Assembly (NCBI RefSeq): GCF_001194135.2
Contig: NC_068996.1
Location: 43,992,591-44,056,590 of the forward strand
DNA: 64,000 nucleotides
Source: Octopus bimaculoides
Lineage: Eukaryota
Reading direction: 5' to 3'
Below the pieces are notes generated by a model. It searched no databases and was not told the DNA's origin. It saw only the letters and a program-made list of their open reading frames with translations. Within the stretch, counting starts at the first letter, position 1; the number at the start of each line of letters is the position of its first letter. Below, in pieces: positions 10,976-24,095 of this stretch. Both the position numbers and the translations under genes were made by a program.

Positions 10976-12840
10976 GAATGATTTCAGATCGTGTCGAATG
11001 ATTTAGAAAAGTAAATTTCATAAATTGGAACAAATTCAACAGCTTCAAACTCCAAAGTGTTACTCAACAAAAAAAAAAGAAAAAGGTATATAAGCTTATA
11101 AAATTTCCAACACCGACGAATCACCCCAAAGCTAGTACCATGTTAAGGAACGGGCACTCTCGGCAGTGGTCCGGGGCGGGCTGGGGGATGGAGTATTACA
11201 GATCTAGGGGCCCAATACTGGTCTATGTTATGACGTGGCTTGCTGTCAGTAAGTAAATACTATAAGGCCCAGTGCGTTGATTCGACCGGGAACTCACAAT
11301 GCTACTAAGACAGTCCAGCCGTGTCCAGCACATCGTGCTTCCATCCTTTTGTTGCATCATTTAATATTTTCATCAAATATGAGACGGTGCCTGTTCTTGC
11401 CATTATTTAGTTCAGGATCAGACCTAATTTAACAGACCTGTGATCAAAGAACTTTCCAACCGTGATCATCCCATATTATAGTTTCTTTATATCCACATTT
11501 TCCGAAAATATCAGATTTTCTTTAAAAAAAAAAAACAAAAAAAAACAACAACCCAAAACGGAATATAATTTGATAGAATTTGCTTATATCTAGCAGATCA
11601 AGCGAAAGCGTAGAAGTTCCCTCAAAGTGTATGTAGAATGGGATATTCTGGAAGGTGCAAAGTGAACTTGGTTCGAACCCGAACGGAACAGCTGTTACAC
11701 TTATTGATGCTATGCATCCAATCACAGTCTTTGGATTGTAATATTCCTGATATTGTGTTGGTATATCTCAGGCATCATGGTTAGAGTATAATAAGATAAC
11801 AGAGTATCGCCGTTAGGAGTAGAGGTTTGGAATGTAAAGGAGGAGGAGGAAATAGAATGAATTAAAATTTAAATAAAACAAGATAAATTGAATTATGAGG
11901 AGGTTTAATTTTCGTGATAGATTTAAGGATTCAAGAGTTTTAAAAGTTCGTGGATGTAAGAGATTAAGTATATGTAAAATAAACCTCCTCATCTTCTTTT
12001 ATTTTATTTCAGTTTATTATTGTTCCACCCTCCTCCTTTACCTTCCTAATTTCTTCAACTAATGGCGTTACCCCGTTATCTTATTCTACAGAAATTGTGT
12101 GCTTGTGTTTGCTAATGTTGGTTTGAATTGCGTAGGAGGGTTTAGTAGTCTTCTTTGGGATGTCCGTTTTCAGCCAGTCGAGCTGTAATATATCTCATAC
12201 AGGAAAGCGACGAGCTGGCAGAAATGTTAGCACGCCGGGTGAAAATGCTTAGCGGTATTTCGTACCCGTCTTTACGTTCTGAATTCAAATTCTGCTGAGG
12301 TCGACTTTGCCTTTCATCCTTTCGGAGTCAATAAATTAAGTACCAGTTGCGTACTGAGGTGGATATATCGACTGGCCCCCTCTCCCAGAATTCCGGGCCT
12401 TATGCCAAGAGTAGAAAAGAATAAATCACACACATGCTTCTTTATTAGTATTGTAGTTGTGTTCAGGAGTATTTTAAATGTGTTTTGCTGTTTTGTTAAA
12501 ATACATACGTACATGTATGTATGTACGACGGGCTTTTTTTCAATTTCCGTCTACCAAATCCACTCGCAAGGCTTTGGTCGGCCCGAGGCTATAATAGAAG
12601 ATTCTTGCTCAAAGTGTCACGCAGCTTACTACACAACCACGCCTTGTGTAATAATGTTTTTTTTTTTATTTTCATTTTCTTCCTAAACGTGTGTGTGTTC
12701 TAATTATGCTCGTGCACCATTTTGCTTTCTTCACTTTAGCTTTTTACGAGTTGCAAATTTTTTTTGAGCTGTTTGTATATAATTCCTGGTATAGTTGCCT
12801 TCTCTGCGCGCGTGTATATCTGTACGTATGTACGTACGTG

Positions 12841-12871
<31 letters not shown>

Positions 12872-13774
12872 TCTTTTCTTTCTCTTTTTAATTTAGGGTA
12901 AATTTTGTTCGGTTGAGAAAGAAAGCATCTTGTTTTAGCCATCATCCTTTAAATCTTAAGAAGGTATTGCAGACTTTTATGTATGTATGTATGTATGTAT
13001 GTATGTATGTATGTATGTATGTATGTATATATGCATGTATGCATGTATGCATGTATGTATGTATATATATGTGTGTATGTATGTATGTATGTATGTATGT
13101 ATGTATGTATATATGCATGTATGCATGTATGTATNNNNNNNNNNNNNNNNNNNNNNNNNNNNNNNNNNNNNNNNNNNNNNNNNNNNNNNNNNNNNNNNNN
13201 NNNNNNNNNNNNNNNNNNNNNNNNNNNNNNNNNNNNNNNNNNNNNNNNNNNNNNNNNNNNNNNNNNNNNNNNNNNNNNNNNNNNNNNNNNNNNNNNNNNN
13301 NNNNNNNNNNNNNNNNNNNNNNNNNNNNNNNNNNNNNNNNNNNNNNNNNNNNNNNNNNNNNNNNNNNNNNNNNNNNNNNNNNNNNNNNNNNNNNNNNNNN
13401 NNNNNNNNNNNNNNNNNNNNNNNNNNNNNNNNNNNNNNNNNNNNNNNNNNNNNNNNNNNNNNNNNNNNNNNNNNNNNNNNNNNNNNNNNNNNNNNNNNNN
13501 NNNNNNNNNNNNNNNNNNNNNNNNNNNNNNNNNNNNNNNNNNNNNNNNNNNNNNNNNNNNNNNNNNNNNNNCTTAGAAAATAAGCCACTCTTATTTTACA
13601 CCTTTTTGGGGGGTTTTTTTTGAATATTTCCACAGATTGCGGAATTTGTTGTGAAACATGACATAAATTAGAAAAACAAAAATTAAATTAGAAAAATGGA
13701 AGAAACAGACAACACATTTGAAAAAATTACCAAACATTAAACACACACACACACACACACAAAAGCAATTCATC

Positions 13775-14775
13775 ACCTTAAGTTGAAAATTTGGGGTCGC
13801 TGGGAAACCTCTCTAATGACCACTGAGGCAGGCTACCATGCTTGCAGCGTTGCCGCGGGTGATGGCGAAGCTGATGTGCTGGAACAACCAAGCGCCCTCA
13901 CGAGCTTCACCAGTCACCTCTGCTAGGCGAGCTGCTAGTGAAGACAGGAATCTCTCAGTCAGTGGTCCGACCCCACCAAACGTCTCGAATGCCACAGGAT
14001 AGAAAATGTAAATGGCCGACAGATTGCGGCACTTCAGGATTTTGTTCCATTCGGCCGCAGAAGTTGTGGATCTCGCCCTGGCCGCAGCATCCATGATGTG
14101 AGAAGAAGCAAAGGAGTCGTTAATTACAAAGTCCCAGACAGAGCATTTGCCTCTCAACCAAGGGGCACAGGATGAGGCCGTCAGATCTTTTCCCATCACA
14201 TCTGGACAACCCATATGGTTCCAAGATGGAGGGAATATTTGCCCGGGCCAAGCTCCTCTCGAGCCTAAAGCTCAACTCCGTATGACGCGCGAAGCGATCA
14301 GCATTCAAGTGGAAAGTAAGACCATGGAAGCCTGTGGAATCGAGGAGGTTGCCACAACGACAGCTCAAACCCATGCATACGTGAGCTCTAAGGACAATGG
14401 AGACACGAAGTTCGTCCAAGCTGAGTAGGCCACCAACGTTAACCACAGGGATGGCATCAATCCAGTCACCCGAGTATTTGACGCTAGCAAACAATAAGCG
14501 GCACCTTGAAAACTGGTCCGACTAGATGAAGAGGGAGTCGAAAATGGCCTTCGAAATTATGTTGTCCCAAGCTCTCTGACTCCAACAGTCCTCCACCTTC
14601 TCAGGAGCAGACAAGCCCAATTCCCTCCAATGTTGGAGAGCTTCATCCAAGTCCCTGTTGGAACTAGTCCATATTGGAGAGGAGAGGATGTTGCTCACCA
14701 GGGTGGAGCAGGCGTGAGTAGAGGAAATGAAGCAAGAGACAGAGAGGAGCGAACACTTACGAAGACCAAGACCCC
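13775..14775 (-). mobile_element. 5'-truncated CRE-clade non-LTR retrotransposon (RT C-terminus, Zn knuckle, restriction-like endonuclease), frameshifted
   Basis: Joined minus frames read GLGLR...FISS...LV...QRAWD...SGDWI.AIP...LR...CRCG...HGL...RH...LEPYGLSRCDGKRSDG...PW..GK...WD...AE..K...F.PVAFETFG..G...QHISFAITRGNAAS, the typical CRE-clade C-terminal motif series. Confidence 0.8.
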
Positions 14776-14906
14776 CAAATCTGAGTTCAAATTCCGCCGA
14801 GGTCGACTTTGCCTTTCATCCTTTTGGGGTCGATGAAATAAATACCAGTCGAATACTGGGCTCAATGAAATCGACTATCCCTTTCCTTGTGTCTATAGTA
14901 GAAAGG

Positions 14907-14960
<54 letters not shown>

Positions 14961-15782
14961 TTTGTTGTTGTTGTTTAATGAGTTGGCGAGCGGGCGGAAT
15001 CGTTCCTGTGCCGTGCAAAATGCTTAGCTGCATTTCGTCCNNNNNNNNNNNNNNNNNNNNNNNNNNNNNNNNNNNNNNNNNNNNNNNNNNNNNNNNNNNN
15101 NNNNNNNNNNNAGTAACTTTGTCTTTCATATTTCGGGGTCGATAAAATAAGCACCAGCTGGGGACAGGGGTCGACATATTTAATTTACCTTTCAATATTT
15201 AATAGTTTATCAGCAACGTTATTTTCATCTCTTTTCTTTTTTTTTTCTATTTCATTCGTTTCACTCTTACTATCACTTTAATTTCCGATCTTAATTTTCG
15301 ATAGTTTCCAACTATTATTTGTTCGGGTCATATTTAACTGAGCTAGTTACTTAAATTTAGTTTGTTTTTATATTTTAACTACAAATAGACCTCTGAATAG
15401 TTTTCTACCAACATATGGCCTATCGAGTGATCAGTCGATAGCAACACTTGGCTAACGAATGTATATGAATTACAATGTTAAGGAGTAACGAAGGTAATAT
15501 GACAGAAATTGTAGACAATACTGGTTAATTACTTACACCTAGGAACTTTGAAAATGGCATTGACAGATAGTATTTAAAGGGAAAGTATATAAATAATAAT
15601 CACTGGAAAAAGAAAAAACCATTTTCTAAGAATTTATATAAAGCATTGTATTCTTAACAGTCTTTTTACAATGGACGTAAGATAAAAATCTTTCAGAAGG
15701 AATTTTTAAGGGAGGAGGGGGTTTGTTTCGAAGGGAGATAACTCAGCTTCTTCTGTAAAACGCTTTCAAAATTTCAATATCA

Positions 15783-16020
15783 GGCGGCGAGCTGGCAGAA
15801 ACGTTAGCACAGCGGGCGAAATGCTTAGCGGTATTTCGTCTGCCGTTACGTTCTGAGTTCAAACTCCTCCGAGGTCGACTTTGCCTTTCATCCTTTCGGG
15901 GTCAATTAAATAAGTACCAGTTACGCACTGAGTTCGATGTAATCGACTTAGACCCCTTGTCTGTACTTGTTTGTCCCCTCTAAGTCTAGCCCCCTGTGGG
16001 CAATAAAGAAATAAAAGAAA
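15783..16020 (+). mobile_element. SINE family B
   Basis: GGCGGCGAGCTGGCAGAAACGTTAGC...GAGTTCAAA...GACTTTGCCTTTCATCC body. Other copies at about 3320-3540, 12207-12420, 31545-31735(-), 51523-51740, 51784-52000, 57213-57435(-) and 59905-60025. Confidence 0.8.
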
Positions 16021-16541
16021 TGAATATTAGCCAAAAAAAAATAATAATAAATAAAGAAATAATAATAAGATATAAATAAAACGAGATTTTTTTGTTTTAT
16101 ATTCATATAGATTAAATAATAATGGTTTCAAATTTTGGCACAAGACCAGCAATTTTGGAGTAAGGGGCTAGTTGATTATAGTGTTCAACTGGTACTTATT
16201 TTATCGACCCCAAAATAAGGATGAAAGGCAGAGTCAGCATCGGTGGAATTTGAACTCAGAACTTGAAGACGGATAAAAATCCTCTGTATTTTGCTCAATG
16301 GGCTAACGATTCTGCCAGCTCATTGTCTTTAAGCTATTAAATATTAAAACACTAGCATATCCGTGTCGTCAAAAATGCCGACAGTTCCGTTAATGATAGA
16401 AAATGGCGCATCAACACAAATGGGGGAAACCATTGATAAATGTCAGCAATCTAATAAATATATGCACAAAGACAGAATTGATGCACTTGAAGAATCAGAT
16501 ACGGTTGTAATGTATTGGTTGAATATATATATATATAAATA

Positions 16542-16826
16542 TAAAGAATAAAAAGTTTTGAATGGTACCACAATGCACTATAAAACAAAAAATGAACTAT
16601 ATACCTGTTGTAATTTGGTTATCTATAGTCCAATGATATTTCGGAATTACAATTCCTTCTTCAGATCTTCTTAGTTTATAGCAGCGGCTCCATCTAAGAA
16701 TATCTGAAGAAGGAATTGTAATTCCGAAATATCATCGGACTATAGTTAACTAAATTACAACAGGTATATAGTCCATTTTTTGTTCTATAGTGCATTGTTG
16801 TACCATTCTAAACTTTTTATTCTTTA
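16542..16826. repeat. 133-bp-arm inverted repeat carrying hammerhead-like cores (Penelope-like remnant)
   Basis: Arms 16542-16674 and 16694-16826 are near-perfect reverse complements. Each encodes CTGAAGA-A-GGAATTGTAATTCC-GAAA-TA-TC on its own strand. Confidence 0.8.
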
Positions 16827-16950
16827 CAAACAATACACAATGCTTCAAGCAAACTACAATACTCTGCTATATATAAATATATATAAATGTAGGTATACAT
16901 GCGATGGTCTTTGGTTAATAGCGTCAATTTTGACAATTCTGTAAATAACA

Positions 16951-17176
16951 ATAATATTTTATACGCTTAAAGCTTATAAGTAATCACTATGCAATGACTA
17001 AAGAAAATAGTCTAATAATGAGGCATATAAGCCCTCAATGTATAAAAGTAGTGAGAACCCTATGCATACGAGAACCCTACTTTTTTGATTGAAGGCTTAA
17101 ATGCCTCATTATTAGACTATTTTCTTTAGTCATTGGATGGTGATCGTTTATAAGCTTTAAGCTTCTAAGATATTAT
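16951..17176. repeat. About 100-bp-arm AT-rich inverted repeat
   Basis: Arms about 16951-17051 and 17077-17176 share CAATGACTAAAGAAAATAGTCTAATAATGAGGCA and its reverse complement. Confidence 0.85.
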
Positions 17177-17217
17177 ATATTTTTATATATGTGTGTGTGT
17201 GTGTATGTATACACACA

Positions 17218-17680
17218 CAGTAATCACTCGCTATATCAGAGCTCACCTATCGCACCCTCAGTATAATTTTCTGGCTAATATATGTAAATTTATATCATGG
17301 GTTTCTGCGGCCAACAGATATTTAATTTTTGTTTTTTTACTTTAATTATTTCTTTGGTAAAACAAGCATTTTCATGCCTAAAAATTAAAAAATTAATAAA
17401 TGAAAACAGAGTACAGTATAACACATAAATTAAAATATATTAAAAGAAAAAACGTAGTACACTGTAGATGAATAAACAAAGAATCGCACATACTGTATGG
17501 AAAACGAAACTCGGGAGGTGGGTGTGTGGTGTTGTTTTGCATTTATAATAAAATAAATATATACAAATTATAAAAATAATTCCAAAAAATATACAGTACA
17601 GTATTGTTTCTACTTCATGGATTTTCATGTATGACAGTGGGTCTTTGAATATAACACTCATGATAGTTGAGGAGTTACTG
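17218..17680. mobile_element. pogo/Tigger-like MITE, decayed
   Basis: CAGTAATCACTCGCTATATC start and GATAGTTGAGGAGTTACTG end in a TA-dinucleotide context, with a Tigger-like subterminal CTACTTC..GGATTTTCA. Confidence 0.55.
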
Positions 17681-17684
17681 TATA

Positions 17685-17715
<31 letters not shown>

Positions 17716-19276
17716 CATTCACATAACATTTGTATATAGGCTATGTGAACAATAATATTTTGCAAACAAAAATGTTTAATGTTTAATTTCATATGTATAT
17801 ATTTATATATCTGTGTGAGTGTGTATGAAACTGATAAACCAAATACAATTTATGATAAAAAATCTACTGTTTTATTTTGATTATAATATCAGCATCTTTA
17901 GAGCAAAACTCTTGAAAGATTTCCGCCTACTTTACTGCCTCTGACTCTCATTCACTCCCACTTTGTTGTTTTTCTCTTCTTTCCCTCTAGTGTGACTGAC
18001 AGGTCACACACTGAGTTTTATTGTAAGATTATTGAAGGTGGCCACAAATGAGCAGACTACTGGCCCTGAATACCTTATTGAGATGATTCTCAATCATTTT
18101 GTATTCTGTGGCTCCACATGTCTACGTTAGAGGTTTCAGCTTTATAATTTTATGCCACATAAGCCTATGAAAATAGTAGTATAGGAAGATTCAAAAGGTT
18201 TACAAGATAGCAATTACCCACTTAAAGAACCCCCCCCCCCGTCAGACACACACTACCAGAATAGTTCCATTAACAATGTCCTCTTAAGCAATTCCAGCAA
18301 CCTTCGACTGAAGGGAGCTCACTTTGGTAACCAGTGATGTTCTAATTAGAAGGTCTTAAGTTAAATTAGCTTCAGTTTAGCATCCCTACCTCTGTCCAAT
18401 AGTCAACAGGTAACACAAAATAACTAAAAGCCAAATACATTTTCAATTTCTGTGAGAGTTTTTGATGTGATTTTTTTTAAAAAGGAGACTTCAAGTTTTA
18501 TATTGCTTAAGGTTTCACCAAATTTAAATCCAGGCCGTTGCCAGTACTGCCTGACTGGCCTTCGTGCAGGTGACACGTAAAAGCACCCACTACACACTCT
18601 GAGTGGTTGGCGTTAGGAAGGGCATCCAGCTGTAGAAACTCTGCCAAATCAGATTGGAGCCTGGTGTTGCCATCCGGTTTCACCAGTCCTCAGTCAAATC
18701 GTCCAACCCATGCTAGCATGGAAAGCGGACGTTAAACGATGATGATGATGATACATGCACATCTTTCTATACTAGCGCTGGTTTAATCATTAAGCAAAAA
18801 TAAGCACATTCTTCGGGTATCATGAGGAGGTAGGACACCACAGAAATGGTAAATGGTTTACAGCACAAAAGAAATCACTTTGAACTTGCTAAAATAATCT
18901 TAAAAGTCGTTTATGTGATCTGAAATATAATTTCAAAGTATTCATGGTGTCATAGTGAAGATCTGATCGAAGCCTTTNNNNNNNNNNNNNNNNNNNNNNN
19001 NNNNNNNNNNNNNNNNNNNNNNNNNNNNNNNNNNNNNNNNNNNNNNNNNNNNNNNNNNNNNNNNNNNNNNNNNNNNNNNNNNNNNNNNNNNNNNNNNNNN
19101 NNNNNNNNNNNNNNNNNNNNNNNNNNNNNNNNNNNNNNNNNNNNNNNNNNNNNNNNNNNNNNNNNNNNNNNNNNNNNNNNNNNNNNNNNNNNNNNNNNNN
19201 NNNNNNNNNNNNNNNNNNNNNNNNNNNNNNNNNNNNNNNNNNNNNNNNNNNNNNNNNNNNNNNNNNNNNNNNNNNN

Positions 19277-19313
<37 letters not shown>

Positions 19314-19751
19314 GAGAGAGAGAGAGAGAATTCACAAAAAAACACACATGAAGACAGGTGGTGTAGAAAACAAACAGATGTATTAGTATAACGCTCGGGA
19401 ATTGAGAAAGTCTTTAATGTTTCGAGCCTAAGCTCTTCCACAGAAACGAACACAGGAAGAAACAAGGAGAGAAAAAAGATTTGTGTAGTGGTTAGCAATG
19501 GGGCGGTGGGGGGAGCACCAAAATCTTTCAAATGCTTAGGGCCTCTATGGGTCTTAATCAAGCCTTCTCTCACATACATTCTCATATTCTCTCTCTCTCT
19601 CTCTCCTCTTCTCCCCCTTCTCTCTCTATTTCATATACGCACCTCACATCAATATATGTATTTGTACGTTAAATATCAATATACTGAAATAATTGTGCTT
19701 TTTTTTTTCTTTCTCTCCTTTTTTTTTTGTGTTATCCAGAAATTGGAAACA

Positions 19752-20049
19752 ATGCATCTAAAATTGATAACATCTCTCTTGGTGATTAGCCTGTGGGCAT
19801 GTGCCCCTGCACATTCCACATACAATGCAGTATTGGACAGAATTATGCGTCTAGCAGAATTCAGGGATATGGAGGAGAACCCGGCTTCATATATTGATGA
19901 CGACCGTTCAGCCAGCAGGAAGAACTGGTTAAATTCTCCGTCAGACTCGAATTTAGATTTAAGTTACCGTGATTTCCTTGGTGCAACCAACCAGCGGGAT
20001 GAAGAATACCTTCCTGAAAATACCCTTTGGGGTTATCAGTTCATTTCAG
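19752..20049 (+). CDS. SCG5: 7B2 homolog, first coding exon (signal peptide + N-terminal domain)
   Basis: ATG at 19752, 12 nt after a strong acceptor (poly-pyrimidine...ccag|19740). Encodes MHLKLITSLLVISLWACAPAHS (signal-peptide-like) ... RDEEYLPENTLWGYQFIS, matching the 7B2 LWGxQxxSGG region. Donor ag|gtaag at 20049/20050, phase 1. Confidence 0.93.
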
Positions 20050-22179
20050 GTAAGAATATAATATCTTCTATGTTTTGTCTTTTACTTGTTACAGTCATTG
20101 GACTGCAGCCATGCTGGGGCACCACCTTGAGGAGTTTTGGTGAATGAATTGACCCCAGTACTTATTCTGTCAGTCTCTCCTTTGCTGGATCACTAAGTTG
20201 TAGGGGTGTTAATATATACACATGCAAATATATATTATCACACACACACACATGCATGCATGCATACACGCACACACACACACACACACACACAGATACA
20301 CACACACACACAGATGATGGGTTTCTACCATTTGAGCGTGGCCGTTGCCAATACTGCCTGACTGGCCCTCGTGCCAGTGGCATGTAAAAGCACCCACTAC
20401 ACTCTCAGAGTGGTTGGTGTTAGGAAAGGCATCCAGCTGTAGAAACTCTGCCAGATCAGATTGAAGCCTGGTGTAGCCATCTGGTTTCACCAGTCCTCAG
20501 TCAAATCGTCCAACCCATGCTAGCATGGAAAGCAGACGTTAAACAATGATGATGATGTTGATTATAATGAACTTCATCTTTCATGCTTCCAGGGTCGATG
20601 AAATAAAGTAACAGTTAAATATTGGACTAGATTTATATTGCTTTAAAGCATCCGATATGTAAATGGAATTATTCTGATGGTTTTATTACAGTGAATAAGC
20701 CTTAAAATTATGAATTATTAGGTAGCTTTTAATAAGATGAAATGGTCACGAATGGAGTGCCTTTCAAGGTCTGCTTCATTAGTGTTGATCTAGGGCTAAT
20801 TAACAGGACATCCAAGGGGGCTTTTATGTATCACTCATGTATCACCTGCTAGAAACAGCAAGTAAATCTCATACAAATCGAACCCACCAACCATCTTAGA
20901 AAAGGATTCGTTGAATAAAGTCATTCTGGGTTTCCTGTACGTAGGAAGAAATCTTGATGGGCATAACTGCCCAGTTAGAGTTGACCTGGGGTTAATTAAC
21001 AGCAGCAGCAACAACAAAGATATTTAAAAGAATAAAAATTAAAGAAACACCAAATAAATAATATTGTAGGAGGAAAAATCTAAGAATGCACATGGGAAAA
21101 TATGCACAAATCATTTTATTAAAACAGATATAAGCTGATAAATTTTTTAAAAAGTCTTGTTCTTTTTTCGTTTTGTGTTATGCATGTCGTTTTTCGAGTT
21201 GTCTTGGAATCAGTTACTGACCAAGTTGAGGTGTGACTGTATATGTACATTTTCTTTAAAATGTTCCCAGCATTTCAGATAAATAAATTTAATTAAGTAG
21301 TGGCTGTGTGGTAAGTAGCTTGCTTACCAGCCACATGGTTCCGGGTTCATTCCCACTGCGTGGCACCTTGGGCAAGTGTCTTCTACTATAGCCTCGGGCC
21401 GACCAAAGCCTTGTGAGTGGATTTGGTAGACGGAAACTGAAAGAAGCCCGTCGTATATATATATATATNNNNNNNNNNNNNNNNNNNNNNNNNNNNNNNN
21501 NNNNNNNNNNNNNNNNNNNNNNNNNNNNNNNNNNNNNNNNNNNNNNNNNNNNNNNNNNNNNNNNNNNNNNNNNNNNNNNNNNNNNNNNNNNNNNNNNNNN
21601 NNNNNNNNNNNNNNNNNNNNNNNNNNNNNNNNNNNNNNNNNNNNNNNNNNNNNNNNNNNNNNNNNNNNNNNNNNNNNNNNNNNNNNNNNNNNNNNNNNNN
21701 NNNNNNNNNNNNNNNNNNNNNNNNNNNNNNNNNNNNNNNNNNNNNNNNNNNNNNNNNNNNNNNNNNNNNNNNNNNNNNNNNNNNNNNNNNNNNNNNNNNN
21801 NNNNNNNNNNNNNNNNNNNNNNNNNNNNNNNNNNNNNNNNNNNNNNNNNNNNNNNNNNNNNNNNNNNNNNNNNNNNNNNNNNNNNNNNNNNNNNNNNNNN
21901 NNNNNNNNNNNNNNNNNNNNNNNNNNNNNNNNNNNNNNNNNNNNNNNNNNNNNNNNNNNNNNNNNNNNNNNNNNNNNNNNNNNNNNNNNNNNNNNNNNNN
22001 NNNNNNNNNNNNNNNNNNNNNNNNNNAGGGATCATAAACAAACCAACACCAGATGTTGTACGGTGGAAACACTCACACACGCACTTATTTAACTTTGGTG
22101 ATGTAAACAGGAAAATAACGCAAAACAACTATATTTTATTAATAATTTCTGCTGGCTATTTATAATATAATATGTTATA

Positions 22180-22374
22180 ACAAGTAGAAATATAAATTTT
22201 ATTCAACGCATAGATACTGAACAGTATAGATATAAAGGATAAAATCCATTTTTCTTTATAAAAGCAGAAAAATTTTTCGGCAGCCAGCTTTTAAAAAGAA
22301 AAAAAAGGATTTTATCCTTTATATCTATACTGTTCAGTATCTATGCGTTGAATAAAATTCATCTTTCTACTTGT
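22180..22374. repeat. About 85-bp-arm AT-rich inverted repeat
   Basis: AATTTTATTCAACGCATAGATACTGAACAGTATAGATATAAAGGATAAAATCC and its exact reverse complement, separated by a short spacer. Confidence 0.9.
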
Positions 22375-24095
22375 TCTACCATACATTTCAGCGCTTCCAA
22401 AAAATTTTTTTTCGTTTACATACGGCATAATATGTTATATTATAAATAATTGCTTGAAGTTAATCAACTCAGATATATATTAGAAGACACCCAAAATATC
22501 CCACAGTGGGACTGAACCCGGAACCATGCGTTTGGGAAGCAAACTTCTTACCACACAACCACGTCTGGGACAATGTAGAACTACCTGATCTTAACTGCCC
22601 TTCTCCTCTTTTTTTTTTTTTTTTTTTTTAATGACTATGCGGTGTGTGCGTGATTTGACGGAGATTTTATTTTGATTAAATGTAGTCATTATGTAAAGAT
22701 ATACACTTGTTAGGTCACTAACACGCACGCACATATACATAACGCAGCAGGGTGTGATTTGAGAAAGATCAGGTAACAAAGAATAATTGTACTATGCAGA
22801 CAATTCAGACTAAGATTAATTTGGTCTTTAATGCCAATTAGTGAGACTTACGAATACGTTTCGGTCTTGTTAGTTAATTCATTTTTTTTTTCCTTTTTTA
22901 AATATCAACAAAACACAATAACAACGACAATAATAACTACTGCTGTTGCTACTACTACCACTATTACTATTACTACTACAAATATTACTACCACCATACT
23001 GCTAAAACCACGACCACCACCGCCACCACGACCGCCACCGCCACCACCGCCACAACCACCACCGCCGCCNNNNNNNNNNNNNNNNNNNNNNNNNNNNNNN
23101 NNNNNNNNNNNNNNNNNNNNNNNNNNNNNNNNNNNNNNNNNNNNNNNNNNNNNNNNNNNNNNNNNNNNNNNNCTACTACTAGTTTCATTAATTAGCCACA
23201 ATTAGTCAATGGGCTTTGTAACTCCATCCTCAATTATTAAGTCATATTGGATCTTGGTTCTTGTTAAAATTCTTCCAATGACTTGAATTATTTCAAATTT
23301 TCACTTTTTGTGGGTTTTTTTTTTTTTCAAATTTTGTACACTGATGTAGTTTTGCATGCTGATGATGGAAATCACATTCATTTTGTTTCCCTCTCTGTTA
23401 GGAGGCACAAGCACTTACGCACACGACGGGAACTTCTGTCTCCCAAATTCAATGACAAGGCTTCGGTCGGTCTGAGGCTATTGCAGAAAACATTCATTTC
23501 TAGAAGTTAATACAAGACGACATGATGGTGGAACAATGAAACAGACAATGCTATGAAAACAAAAGGACAAACTTATAAAGACTAGTAAAATGGTGGTAAC
23601 AGAGAATTATATCAAGTAACCAGAAGGGAAGCTTGGTAGCAGGTTTACACAGTAAGGGGAAGGGCAGAAAGTAGATTTGTTAATGTTCTACCGCATGAGG
23701 ATAAGAGAGAGGTGTGAGATGTTCTAGATTGCAAGATAAATGCTTGAAAGAATTTTAAAAAGAGCCATCAGATTTGTATGGAATGGTTAGGGGGAGATGC
23801 AGCTTAATTATAAAAGTACTTTTTTACCTGACGAGAATGTTTGTAACAGAATGGATTTCAGGTAAACATTTGATGACTGTAAACAAATCATCTGGATTAA
23901 TTGTTCAGCAAGAAATTGTGGAATTGTCTCTTGCAGACTTGAGAGATAACCATTATTATTACATATTCATTATTATTATTATTAGGGCAGCAAGCTGGCA
24001 GAATCGTTAGCACGCCAGGCGAAATGCTTAGCAGTATTTCATCTGCAGCTACGTTCTGAGTTCAAATTCCGTCGAGGTCGACTTTGCCTTTCATC

